Below are positions 13,598 to 22,675 of a DNA stretch of 64,000 nt, in pieces. A program made the position numbers and the translations under genes. The DNA is from an uncultured Acidobacteriota bacterium (GTDB taxonomy: Bacteria > Acidobacteriota > Thermoanaerobaculia > UBA5066 > Gp7-AA6): NCBI GenBank assembly GCA_963764715.1, contig CAVXTP010000007.1:1-64000 (forward strand), read 5' to 3'. Position 1 is the first letter of the stretch; the number at the start of each line of letters is the position of its first letter. A model generated the notes under the pieces. The model did not search any database. It was not told the DNA's origin and was given only the letters and a program-made list of their open reading frames with translations.

Positions 13598-15274
13598 GTG
13601 ACCGGGAGCGCGCCGCAACGACCGCACCTCTCCCGCGAGGTGCTCGCCGCGGCGGCGCTCCTCGCGCTCGGAGTTGGAATCCGGGCGGTCTTCGCGGTCC
13701 GGTACCCGGCGACGGCGTTCTCGGACTTCCGCGCGCTCATCGAGTTCGGCCGCGTCATCGCGGGCCAGGGCCTCGCGCCCGACACCTGGCACTGGATCCA
13801 GTTCAACCCGGGGCTCCCGATGATCCTGGCGCTGCTTTCGGGATTCTCGGCCTCGTCCGAGCCGGCCGCGCGCATGGCGACCGCCGTCGCCACGGGACTC
13901 GTGCCGCTTCTTCCGTTCTTCCTCTGGCGCACGGTGCTGGCGCCGCGCTGGAGGGTCCTCGCCGGGGCGCTGCTGGCGCTCTGGCCCGGCCAGGTCTTCT
14001 TTTCCGGCGTCGTCGCCCAGGAGAACTGGGCGCTCCTTCCGACCGTCGCGCTGGGAGCGCTCGCGGTGCGCGCGCTGCGCAAGGAGGATGGAGCGTACCC
14101 GGTCGCGGCGGGGCTTCTTCTCGCCGCCGCCGCCGCGATCCGCCAGGAGCTTCTCGTCGTGCTCGCCCCGGCGGCGCTCGCCGCGGCGGGACTCTTCCGG
14201 CCCGACGGAGCGCGCGTGCGGCGAATGCTCCGGCTCGCGATTGCCGCGCTCCTGCCCCTTCTCGCCCTCGCGTTCCAGCGCCGCGCGGCGACCGGGCGTT
14301 TCGCGATCACGACCGAGCACGGTGGACTCGCGCTCCTCGGGAGCGTCGTGCCGGGCGCCGCCGGGCCCGGCTGGATCGACCCCAAGGCCTACATCGCAAG
14401 CGTCGATCCTTCCCTTCTGGAGGACCGGGACGCGGCGCGGAGCGCGGCATCCGGTCTCGCGTTCGCCGAGTGGAAGCGTCGGCCGGCTTTCCACGCGCTC
14501 CGGAGCGTCGCCGCGGCCGGACGGCTCGCGGTCGAGGGCGACGCCGACGATCTCTACTGGGGCGTCGGGGCCCCCGAGGCCCTTCCGCTCGCGGCCCGCG
14601 CGCGCGGAGCCGACTTCTTCGCCCGGTGGTTTCCGCGGCTTCGCTGGGAGCTCGCGCTGATCCAGGGCCTCTTTCTCGCGGCCGTCGTCCGGGGCGTCCG
14701 CCGGCGCGACGGCGCGGTCCTCGTCCTCGCCGCCTGCGTGCTGCTCAAGTTCGCGCTCCAGTCCGTCGCCTCGCCGCTCGGTCGCCTCATGGTGCCGGCG
14801 ACGGCCCTGGAGCTTCTCGTCATCGCTCTCGGCGCGGCCTCGCTCGCGTCGGCGGCGCCGCGGGCCTGGCTCGCGTCTCTCTCGCTCGCGCTCGGCGCGG
14901 CGGTGGTGCTCCTGCTCGCGGAGCCGGGGCTCAACGACCTCGTCGTCCGCCGCGACGAAGCGCCGCGGCCGGTGGCGCGCTTCCCGCTCGAGATCGCGGG
15001 CATGGAGAGGGTCTTCGCCCGGTGCACCGTCGAAGCCGGCGAGGTCACCTCGCTCGAGTGGCGGCGGGCCTGGATGCGTCCCTCCCCCGGCGGGCCGCCG
15101 GCGCGGGCGCGGTGCGAGCTGCCGTCGGTGCCGACCGGTTCGAGCCTTCGTCTGCGGCTCGACAAGCCCGGTGGCACCGGAAGAGATGTCGTTCTCTCCG
15201 AGGGCCAGACCTCCCGGACGGTCGAGCTTCCGGCGCCCGGCGGGTTCTCGTTCGGGCTCGAGGCCGGCCGCTGA
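13598..15274 (+). CDS. Polytopic membrane protein, GT-C-like
   Basis: Many TM segments, SDF acidic loop after TM1, periplasmic C-terminal domain. Confidence 0.55.
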   Translation: MTGSAPQRPHLSREVLAAAALLALGVGIRAVFAVRYPATAFSDFRALIEFGRVIAGQGLAPDTWHWIQFNPGLPMILALLSGFSASSEPAARMATAVATGLVPLLPFFLWRTVLAPRWRVLAGALLALWPGQVFFSGVVAQENWALLPTVALGALAVRALRKEDGAYPVAAGLLLAAAAAIRQELLVVLAPAALAAAGLFRPDGARVRRMLRLAIAALLPLLALAFQRRAATGRFAITTEHGGLALLGSVVPGAAGPGWIDPKAYIASVDPSLLEDRDAARSAASGLAFAEWKRRPAFHALRSVAAAGRLAVEGDADDLYWGVGAPEALPLAARARGADFFARWFPRLRWELALIQGLFLAAVVRGVRRRDGAVLVLAACVLLKFALQSVASPLGRLMVPATALELLVIALGAASLASAAPRAWLASLSLALGAAVVLLLAEPGLNDLVVRRDEAPRPVARFPLEIAGMERVFARCTVEAGEVTSLEWRRAWMRPSPGGPPARARCELPSVPTGSSLRLRLDKPGGTGRDVVLSEGQTSRTVELPAPGGFSFGLEAGR

Positions 15275-15277
15275 GCG

Positions 15278-17332
15278 CTAGCTGCGTCGGATTCTTCGCC
15301 GGGCCGTGTCGACGAGGAGCAGCCAGACCACCCACGCCGCCGCGGTGATCAGGGCCATCAGCCGCAGGTGGGGGAGGCGGAACACCGCGTCGAGCTCGTA
15401 GCTGCCGGCCGGGAGCTTCCAGCCCCGCAGGGAGTCGTTGACCCGGACGGCCTCGAGGCCAACGTTCCCGGCCCGCGCGGTCCATCCCGGGAAATAAATC
15501 TCGTTCTCGACCAGGAGGAGCGGGCGGTCCGTCGACACCCGATAGCTCAGGCGGTCCAGGCCGTATCGCGTCTGGCGGACGCGCGGATCCGGAGCCGCGG
15601 CGGCCGCCCGCGCCTGCAGGCCGGGAACGAAGACCTTTTCGTCCCGGGAGTCCGGAGGCGGCTCGACCAGGATCGGCAGCCATTCGCGCCGCATGTAGCC
15701 CAGCAACCGGTCGCTTCGGGTGACCACCGTCCGTGCGCGGAGGACCGTGCCGCCGAAATCCTCGAGGAGGTAGGACCCGGTCAGGTACCCGCTCGCGAGG
15801 TACGTCCCGTCTCCGTCGGTCCTCGCGGGCCGCGACGCCGGGGGCGTCGCGAAGACGGCCGGGTCGACCACGATGCCCGCGTCGTGCATCCGGGCGGGCG
15901 TCGGTGAAAAGACGCGGCAGACCGCGATGAAATCCGGCACCTTCCAGCCTTCGACGCGCGGCAGGACCAGTCCACCGCCGAGCGCGATCGAGGCGAGCAG
16001 CGCGAGGAAAGCGCGCGCCGGGTTCGCCCGGGGCTCGCGCCAGAAAAGGATGGCCGCGAGCGTCGCGAGGAAGACCGCGGCCGCCAGGGCCGGGCGCGGC
16101 CAGAAGGGCCCACCCGCGTAAACCCGGTCGATGCTCCAGCCCGCGAAGAGAGCGATCGGAATCAGCCGCCACGTCAACGTCCGTCCGCCGCCGCGGCGGC
16201 GCCGGACGTCCCGCCAGCCGGCCGCCGCGAGAATGAGGAGGACGATCGCGACGCCGCCGCGGTAGTCGCTCGGAGGAAACCGCGAATACCCGAGCGGCGG
16301 AACGAGGCTCCGAAGAAACCGGTGGACGGGAAGCGAATCGCCGGCGGCCATGGCCGCGGAAAGGAGACCGAGCGCCGCCCACGGCCAGAAGCGACGAAGG
16401 CTCGGCCACGACAGCAGACTTACGCCCGCGAGGACCGCGAGGCCCACGAAAGTCGAGATCATGCTCACGTCGCCAGGCATTCCGGCCGGCTCGAGCACGA
16501 GACCGGGCAGGTGGGCGGACGACAGCCACGCCCGGCGCATCCACGTCGCGTCGGCGTAGCGGATGAGCTCCCCTCGAAACATCCAGGCCGGACCGAGATG
16601 GATCGCGGCCATCAGCAGCCCGAGCCCGACCGATCCGCCGAGCGCGGCCGCCCATCGAACCGCGGTTCGATCGAACCGCCGCCGGACGAGGAGGAGCGCG
16701 GCGAAGACAGCGAGCAGAAACATGGCCGCGAGCAGATTGCCGGGATAGCCGCCGACGGTGAGGAGGAAGATGACGACGGGCGCCACGAGGAGCCGCCACG
16801 GCAGGCGCTTTTCGTCGGAAGCGGGCGGGACGGCGGCCCAGAAGATCCACGGCAGCATCGCGAACGAGCGCACGATGTCGACGTGCTCGGCGTTCGAGTA
16901 GAAGCCGCCGAAGAGCTGGAACGCGAACGCTCCGAGGAGGGCCTCGCGGCGCGAGCGGATGGTCGCCCGCAGGAGCGCGTACATTCCGAAAGCGCCCGCC
17001 AGAACGTGCAGGCACTGGAAGACGACGGCCGCGTGGAGCGTGTAGGGAATCCGGAAGAGCGGGAAGACCCACATCGGCGGGTACCAGAGCCCCGTCTGCA
17101 GGTTGATGAGGAAGGGATAACCCATCGACTGGAAGGGCATCCACATCGACAGGCCGCCGTGCGAGACCGCCTCGGTCCAGTAGGCGGTGGCGGCGTAGTA
17201 CGCCCCGACGAAGTCCCAGGGGAACCCGTAGCCCATGAAGTAGTGCCGGTGGAAGACGGCGAGGTTCTCGGCGGCGAGAAGGAGAAACGGGGCGAAGCGG
17301 AAGAGCCGGCGAAGCCCGGCGGTCCGGCGCAC
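15278..17332 (-). CDS. YfhO-like GT-C membrane glycosyltransferase
   Basis: WMPFQSMGYPF..N.Q...WYPP N-terminus and LLVENEIYFPGWTA...LPAGSYEL C-terminus. Confidence 0.75.
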   Translation of the reverse strand: MRRTAGLRRLFRFAPFLLLAAENLAVFHRHYFMGYGFPWDFVGAYYAATAYWTEAVSHGGLSMWMPFQSMGYPFLINLQTGLWYPPMWVFPLFRIPYTLHAAVVFQCLHVLAGAFGMYALLRATIRSRREALLGAFAFQLFGGFYSNAEHVDIVRSFAMLPWIFWAAVPPASDEKRLPWRLLVAPVVIFLLTVGGYPGNLLAAMFLLAVFAALLLVRRRFDRTAVRWAAALGGSVGLGLLMAAIHLGPAWMFRGELIRYADATWMRRAWLSSAHLPGLVLEPAGMPGDVSMISTFVGLAVLAGVSLLSWPSLRRFWPWAALGLLSAAMAAGDSLPVHRFLRSLVPPLGYSRFPPSDYRGGVAIVLLILAAAGWRDVRRRRGGGRTLTWRLIPIALFAGWSIDRVYAGGPFWPRPALAAAVFLATLAAILFWREPRANPARAFLALLASIALGGGLVLPRVEGWKVPDFIAVCRVFSPTPARMHDAGIVVDPAVFATPPASRPARTDGDGTYLASGYLTGSYLLEDFGGTVLRARTVVTRSDRLLGYMRREWLPILVEPPPDSRDEKVFVPGLQARAAAAAPDPRVRQTRYGLDRLSYRVSTDRPLLLVENEIYFPGWTARAGNVGLEAVRVNDSLRGWKLPAGSYELDAVFRLPHLRLMALITAAAWVVWLLLVDTARRRIRRS

Positions 17333-17339
17333 GGGGCCG

Positions 17340-20300
17340 CTACCGGGCCCGGGCAGGCGCTGCGGCCGCCGCCTCGAGAGCCGAGAGCGCCGCCGTCACG
17401 CGCGCGTCCCAGGAGTTCTCCCGGCCGAGCGCGCGCAGCCGGTCCCGGAACCGCGGATCGCGTCCGCGCTCGCGCGCTCGATCGAGCTCCCCGGCGAAGG
17501 CCGCCGCGTCGCGGGCGATCGCGACCTCGGGATACGCCGCGCACTCCGGCATGGGCGTCGTCACGACGGGCTTGCCGCCGGCGAAGTACTCGTAGAGCTT
17601 CAGCGGCGAGGTCGCCGTCGTGATCGGGTTGATCTGGAACGGGATCGTCGCGACGTCGAAGACCGAGAGGTACCCCGGCAGCAGGTGGTAGTCGCGCGGT
17701 CCGATCCAGCGCACGTTCTCGCGCTTCAGCATGGGCTTGCCCTGGAGGCTCTGGTCGTACATCGGGCCGATGAGGAGAAAGCTCCAGTCGGGCCGGCGGC
17801 GCGCGGCCTCGTCGACGAGCGCGTAGTCGAACCACTCGGCGAGGGCTCCGTAGTAGCCGGCGATCGGGCGGCCCGCCGCGAGAATCGGCGCGAGGTCGCG
17901 GTCGGCGGTGGGCGCCGCCGCGGGGGCGGCGAACCGCTCGTACTCGACGCCGTTCGGCAGGTACAGGGCGTCGGGCCGCTTCGCGAGAGCCTCCGCGTGG
18001 AGCCGCCGGGCGACCGCCGCAACGACCGTCGCCCCGGCGAGCGCCTCCGCGTGGTTCTTCTCGAGGAGCGCGCGGTCGTAGGGGAAGACCGAGAGGTCGT
18101 CGATCCAGTCGTAGACGACGCGGGCCCCGCTCGGAAACATCCGGGCCTGTTGAAAGTTGTACGGGAAGGACCAGAGGAGGGGCTCCGGGATCCGTTCGAG
18201 CACTCCCGCGGGGCCGCGGTAGAGCAAGAGGTTCGGCTCGATCTCCTTGAAGCCGTCGACCCTGTCCTGGGCGTTCGAGCAGTCGAAGATCGCCGTCCAG
18301 CCGGCGCGCGCGAAGGCGCGGGCGAGATGGTGCGGGCGCTGGAAGAGATGGATGCCCCAGCCGACCGAGGGCAGGAAGACGACCGTGCCGCGCGATCCGG
18401 GCCGCGCGAGAAAGCCCGGGAGCTCGACCGCGCGGCCGGCAGCGGCTCCCGGCGCGGCGGAGGCGGCCGGCCCGGCCCCCCACTTCTCCTCGTACTTGCG
18501 GCGATTCTCCTCGTACAGCGCGAAGTACGCCTTCTCGCCGAGCTTCCGGAACGAGGCCTTCTGGAAGTGGTGCACGAACGCGTCGCGCGCGCAGCGGATC
18601 TCGTAGCCCTGCGCGCGGGCGCGGCGGCAGTAGTCGTCGTCCTCGAACATCCCCGCGCCGAAGCGCTCGTCGAGAGGGCCGACCGCGTCCCAGGTTCCCC
18701 TGCGCAGCGCCGTGCAGAAGAACGCGAGCATCGGGATCGCGAAGGTCTCGCCGTCGTGCTCGCGGGCAAAGCGCGCCGCCCAGTCCGCGAGCCCCTCGAG
18801 GCCGCGATAGCCGACGGGAACCTGCGCCTCGTTGGAGATCGCGTTGGTCGCGGGCCCGACGAGGCCGAGCGTCGGGTTGGCGCGCAGATGCCGCACGAGC
18901 GCCGTCAGCCAGCCGCGGGTGACGACGGTGTCGTTGTTGAGCATGACGAGGATCGAGCCCGAAGCCGCCGCGAATCCCTGGTTGACGGCCGCCGCGAAGC
19001 CCCGGTTCCCGGCGTTGGCGATCACGCGGAGCGCGGGCCAGGCTCGCGCCGTCTCTTGGAGGAGGACGGCCGTCCCGTCGGTCGAGCCGTTGTCGACGGC
19101 GATCACCTCGAAGTTCGGCCACTCCGTGCGCCCCCGCAGGGCCGCGAGGCAGAGACGGTTGAGGTCGCGGTTGTCGTGCGTCACGACGACGATCGAGGCC
19201 TTGGGGAAGAACTGCGGGACCGCGTGGATCACGTCCTCGGGTGACGCGGCGGGATCGAGGACGAGGTCCGGAGGATCGGGCGAGCCGTCCCGCTCGCCCG
19301 TGGCGTCCACGAAAAGCCAGCCCCGCTCGGCGCGCAGCCGGCGCGCGAGGGCGAGCCGCGAGGGATCTTCCACGAAGAGCGCCGTGGCGCCGTGCGACTC
19401 GCCGGCCTCGCTTCCCGGCGCGAGACAAACGACGCGGTGCCCGGCCGCCGCGTAGCGATCGAAGATCGCGCGCGAGCGCGGCGGCAAGGCCTCCCGGGCG
19501 CCCCGCCCGAGCCAGACGACGTCGTACCGGCTCTCGTCGGCGATCGGGGGCGCGCTCCTCGCCGCGGCCGCCGCGTCGTCCGTGCCTGCCCAGTCGGCCG
19601 GCGGCCGCCGCAGAAGCCTCCGCGCCGCGCCGCCCAGGGTTCGGCGGACCCTCCAGTAGAGGTTCGCGGCCCGCCAGAGGTTGGAGGTCTGGATCTTCGC
19701 GAGCTCCTGCCGCGTCTCGCCCAGGCGCTCCTCGAGAAGCGCGCGCTGCCGGGCATGCGCCTTCTCGAGGGCCTCGAGGCGGCCCTCGGACTCGGCCAGG
19801 CGGGCCCGGATGGCCCGCGCCTCTTCGATGTTGGCCAGGAGCGCGTCGTCGAGGAGGCCGATCACCCGGTCGGTCAGGGGCGGCGCCGGCGGCGGCTGTG
19901 CGACGAGGCGTCCGGCGCGGTCGAGGTCCTCCTCGGCGAGAGTCTGCAGCCGCTCGGCCGCCTGCCGGAGCCGCGCCGAAAGTGAGGGACCGTCGCGCCG
20001 CGCGTCCTCGAGCTTCGCGAGGATGGCGTCGGCGCTCGCTTCCGGAAGCGAGAGACCCATTTCCGGAACGCCGAGGCGCGCGAGGAGGGCCGTCACTTTC
20101 GGGTCGTAGGCGAGGCCCACGCACGGCACGCCGCCGCGCGCGGCGAAGACGAGGGCGTGGAGCCGCATCCCGAGGACGAGATCGCACGCGCCGAGGAGAC
20201 CCGCGGTCTCCTCGGGAGCGAGAGGCCGGTTCAGGACGGCCGCGCGGTCGCGGCGCGCGAGGCCGGCGGCGAGGCGGGTCGCCTGCGCGAAGTCGTCCTG

Positions 20301-21053
20301 GTCCGTCCACGGGCTCTTCTCGAGCGGCACGAAGAGGAGCGTCGCTTCGTTGCGCCCGAGAAACCGGTCGAGCGCCTCGGCGACACGCGCCTCCCACGCC
20401 GCCTGGTCGACGCCGATCGACCACGGCCGCAGAGCCACGCCGACGATCGGGCCGCGCGGCTCGACGCCGAGCTCCCGGCAGATCGCGGCGGGGGCGGGCG
20501 CTCCCGCGGGGATCTCCAGCGCGAAGGCGGGATCCGCCGAAACGAGGATGCGCGCGGCGGGAACGCCGACCTCCACGAGCAGGGCCCGGGACGCCTCGTC
20601 CCGGACCGAGAGATGCACGGCGGTGTCGGCGGCCGCGCGGACGTAGCGCCTCGCGTCCTCCGATGCAAGCGGCCCGAAGCCGAGGCCGTAGAGGAGGGCC
20701 GGCTTCTTCGCGAGGGCCGCGAGCACCGCCGGCGCGGTGTAGAAGGCGATCTCCCCGTGCCGGGGCGTCAGCAAGGTCGAGGTGTCGAGGCCCCAGTAGT
20801 CCTGGAAAAGGCCGCCGCCGCCGACGATGACGGCGTCGCTTCCGGCGATCCGCTGCTGGAGGGCGGCGACGTCGCGCCAGGCGATCGACTCGACGCCGTG
20901 GCGGCGCGCGGTCGCGTCCGGGTCTCCCGAGACGACGGCGAAGGCGATGCCGGGGACCCTCCGCCGCAGGCCGGCGAGGATCGAGGAGAGGATCGCCTCG
21001 TCGCCCGTGTTCCCGAAGCCGTAGTAGCCGGCGAGAACGGCCGTGCGACTCAT
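17340..21053 (-). CDS. csaB: Fusion: CsaB polysaccharide pyruvyltransferase + coiled coil + GT2 + GT4-like glycosyltransferase
   Basis: GYYGFGNTGDEAIL, GGGGLFQD and GMRLHALVFA (CsaB); VDNGSTDGT, LNNDTVV and GMFEDDDYC (GT2); QRPHHLA and SPLKLYEYFAGGKPVV (GT4-like); start MSRTAVL. Confidence 0.85.
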   Translation of the reverse strand: MSRTAVLAGYYGFGNTGDEAILSSILAGLRRRVPGIAFAVVSGDPDATARRHGVESIAWRDVAALQQRIAGSDAVIVGGGGLFQDYWGLDTSTLLTPRHGEIAFYTAPAVLAALAKKPALLYGLGFGPLASEDARRYVRAAADTAVHLSVRDEASRALLVEVGVPAARILVSADPAFALEIPAGAPAPAAICRELGVEPRGPIVGVALRPWSIGVDQAAWEARVAEALDRFLGRNEATLLFVPLEKSPWTDQDDFAQATRLAAGLARRDRAAVLNRPLAPEETAGLLGACDLVLGMRLHALVFAARGGVPCVGLAYDPKVTALLARLGVPEMGLSLPEASADAILAKLEDARRDGPSLSARLRQAAERLQTLAEEDLDRAGRLVAQPPPAPPLTDRVIGLLDDALLANIEEARAIRARLAESEGRLEALEKAHARQRALLEERLGETRQELAKIQTSNLWRAANLYWRVRRTLGGAARRLLRRPPADWAGTDDAAAAARSAPPIADESRYDVVWLGRGAREALPPRSRAIFDRYAAAGHRVVCLAPGSEAGESHGATALFVEDPSRLALARRLRAERGWLFVDATGERDGSPDPPDLVLDPAASPEDVIHAVPQFFPKASIVVVTHDNRDLNRLCLAALRGRTEWPNFEVIAVDNGSTDGTAVLLQETARAWPALRVIANAGNRGFAAAVNQGFAAASGSILVMLNNDTVVTRGWLTALVRHLRANPTLGLVGPATNAISNEAQVPVGYRGLEGLADWAARFAREHDGETFAIPMLAFFCTALRRGTWDAVGPLDERFGAGMFEDDDYCRRARAQGYEIRCARDAFVHHFQKASFRKLGEKAYFALYEENRRKYEEKWGAGPAASAAPGAAAGRAVELPGFLARPGSRGTVVFLPSVGWGIHLFQRPHHLARAFARAGWTAIFDCSNAQDRVDGFKEIEPNLLLYRGPAGVLERIPEPLLWSFPYNFQQARMFPSGARVVYDWIDDLSVFPYDRALLEKNHAEALAGATVVAAVARRLHAEALAKRPDALYLPNGVEYERFAAPAAAPTADRDLAPILAAGRPIAGYYGALAEWFDYALVDEAARRRPDWSFLLIGPMYDQSLQGKPMLKRENVRWIGPRDYHLLPGYLSVFDVATIPFQINPITTATSPLKLYEYFAGGKPVVTTPMPECAAYPEVAIARDAAAFAGELDRARERGRDPRFRDRLRALGRENSWDARVTAALSALEAAAAAPARAR

Positions 21054-21121
21054 CCGCGCCAGTGTCTCCCAGGTGACAGCCGGCGGCAAGGCGCGGGCGG
21101 ATCGCGGTTATGCTCGCGCCG

Positions 21122-22543
21122 ATGAAGCGGCACCGCCCGATCGGCGCGCTCCTCGCGGCGATCCTCCTCTCGGCCGCCGCCGTTTCCCCTTCCGGATGCC
21201 GCAAGGACCCCGCGGACGCGTGGCAGGGCATGAACGTCGTCTGGATCTCGTTCGACTCGGTGCGCGCCGACCACTGCTCCTTCGAGGGGTACGGCCGCAA
21301 GACGACGCCGCAGCTCGACGCCCTCGCCGCCCGCGGCGTGCGGTTCTCGCGCACGATCGCCCAGGCCCCGTACACGCTCCCGTCCTATGCCTCGATGCTG
21401 ACCTCCCGGTACGTGGCCGAGCTCGCCGTGCAGGAGCAGCGGGACGAGAAGGACGCGGCGAAGGTCCTCGGGATCGCGCCGGGGCCCTCCGAGGGCGACG
21501 TCCTCGTCTCCGAAGCCCTCCGCGGCGCGGGCTACCGGACGGCGGCGTTCGTCCAGAGCTGGATCTCGCGGCCCATGGGGTTCGAGCAGGGCTGGGACCT
21601 CTTCCGGTCCAAGCAGGAGTCGCTCGCGCAGAAGATGCCGGAAGTCCTGCGGTTCATCGAGGAGAACAAGGACCGGCGGTTCTTCGCCTTCGTCTATTCG
21701 ACCGACACGCACTACCCGTTCCTCCACGCCCACGCGCGCCGCAATCTCTACGGCGAGTACGAGAGCGGCTTCGACTTCGACCTCGACAACATCCACCAGG
21801 TCCGGGAGGGGAAGCTCGACCCGTCGTCCGAGGACATCGCCAACGCCATGGCCATGTACGACGAGGGCCTCCACTGGACCGACGCCGACCTCGCGCCGCT
21901 CTTCGACCTCCTCCGGAAGACCGGCCTCGCCGAGAAGACGATCGTCGTGTTCAACGCCGATCACGGCGAGGAGTTCGACGAGCACGGCGTCATCAGCCAC
22001 GGCCAGACCTACTACGACGCCGTCGTGCGGGTGCCGCTCGTCATCGCGGCGCCGGGCCCGCCGGCCGCCGGGCGCGCCGTCACGGAGCTCGTGCAGAACC
22101 TGGACGTCGCGCCGACCCTCCTCGACATGGTCGGCGTCGAGCGGCCGAAGGCCTGGAGCGGCCGCAGCCTCAAGTGGGCGCTCGCGGGGGCGCCGGATCC
22201 GTCGCCCTCGCCGGCGCTGGCGTTCTCGGAGGGCGCCTGGACCTTCTGGATCGGGAGCGTGTTCCAGGGCGACCGCAAGTTCATCCTCGTCACGCCCCAG
22301 GAGCGGATGCTCTTCGACCTCGCGAAGGACCCGGGCGAGAAGACGAACCTCGCGCTGAAGGACACCGACTCCGTGCGCACGCTCTACCACGCCCTGATGA
22401 AGCACCTCGGCGGGACGCCGGGGCCGGGCGCCGCCGGCCGGCCCTCCTACGAGACCTGGATGAAACAGGTCATGGGCCACTACGGCCTCGGCGAGGAGAG
22501 CGACGTCGTCAAGGAGCTCCGCTCCCTCGGCTACCTGAAATAA
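21122..22543 (+). CDS. Sulfatase-like (alkaline phosphatase superfamily) lipoprotein
   Basis: Lipobox SGC, DSVRADH, TLPSY, ADHGEEF and LRSLGYL motifs. Confidence 0.85.
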   Translation: MKRHRPIGALLAAILLSAAAVSPSGCRKDPADAWQGMNVVWISFDSVRADHCSFEGYGRKTTPQLDALAARGVRFSRTIAQAPYTLPSYASMLTSRYVAELAVQEQRDEKDAAKVLGIAPGPSEGDVLVSEALRGAGYRTAAFVQSWISRPMGFEQGWDLFRSKQESLAQKMPEVLRFIEENKDRRFFAFVYSTDTHYPFLHAHARRNLYGEYESGFDFDLDNIHQVREGKLDPSSEDIANAMAMYDEGLHWTDADLAPLFDLLRKTGLAEKTIVVFNADHGEEFDEHGVISHGQTYYDAVVRVPLVIAAPGPPAAGRAVTELVQNLDVAPTLLDMVGVERPKAWSGRSLKWALAGAPDPSPSPALAFSEGAWTFWIGSVFQGDRKFILVTPQERMLFDLAKDPGEKTNLALKDTDSVRTLYHALMKHLGGTPGPGAAGRPSYETWMKQVMGHYGLGEESDVVKELRSLGYLK

Positions 22544-22567
22544 CTTCCGCCGTGTCTGGCTCCGGTC

Positions 22568-22640
22568 GTAGGGGCGGGGCTTGTGGCCGCCCTGCCAGAA
22601 CGGATCGCCGCACGAGGGCGGGGACTAGCCCCGCCCCTAC
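22568..22640. repeat. GTAG-type REP doublet (REPIN-like)
   Basis: GTAGGGGCGGGGCTTGTGGCCGCCC and an inverted copy at 22616-22640 (22/25 identical), between convergent genes. Confidence 0.8.
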
Positions 22641-22675
22641 TCCCGAGCGCGATCCGGCGGTCCACCGCCGCGCCC

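Noticed and set aside
16612-21375. 1587-aa ORF and other long Arg/Pro/Ala-rich ORFs (e.g. 30101-33547, 48049-51396, 56014-58869)
   Set aside because: Shadow frames of genuine genes in high-GC DNA, with no recognisable motifs.
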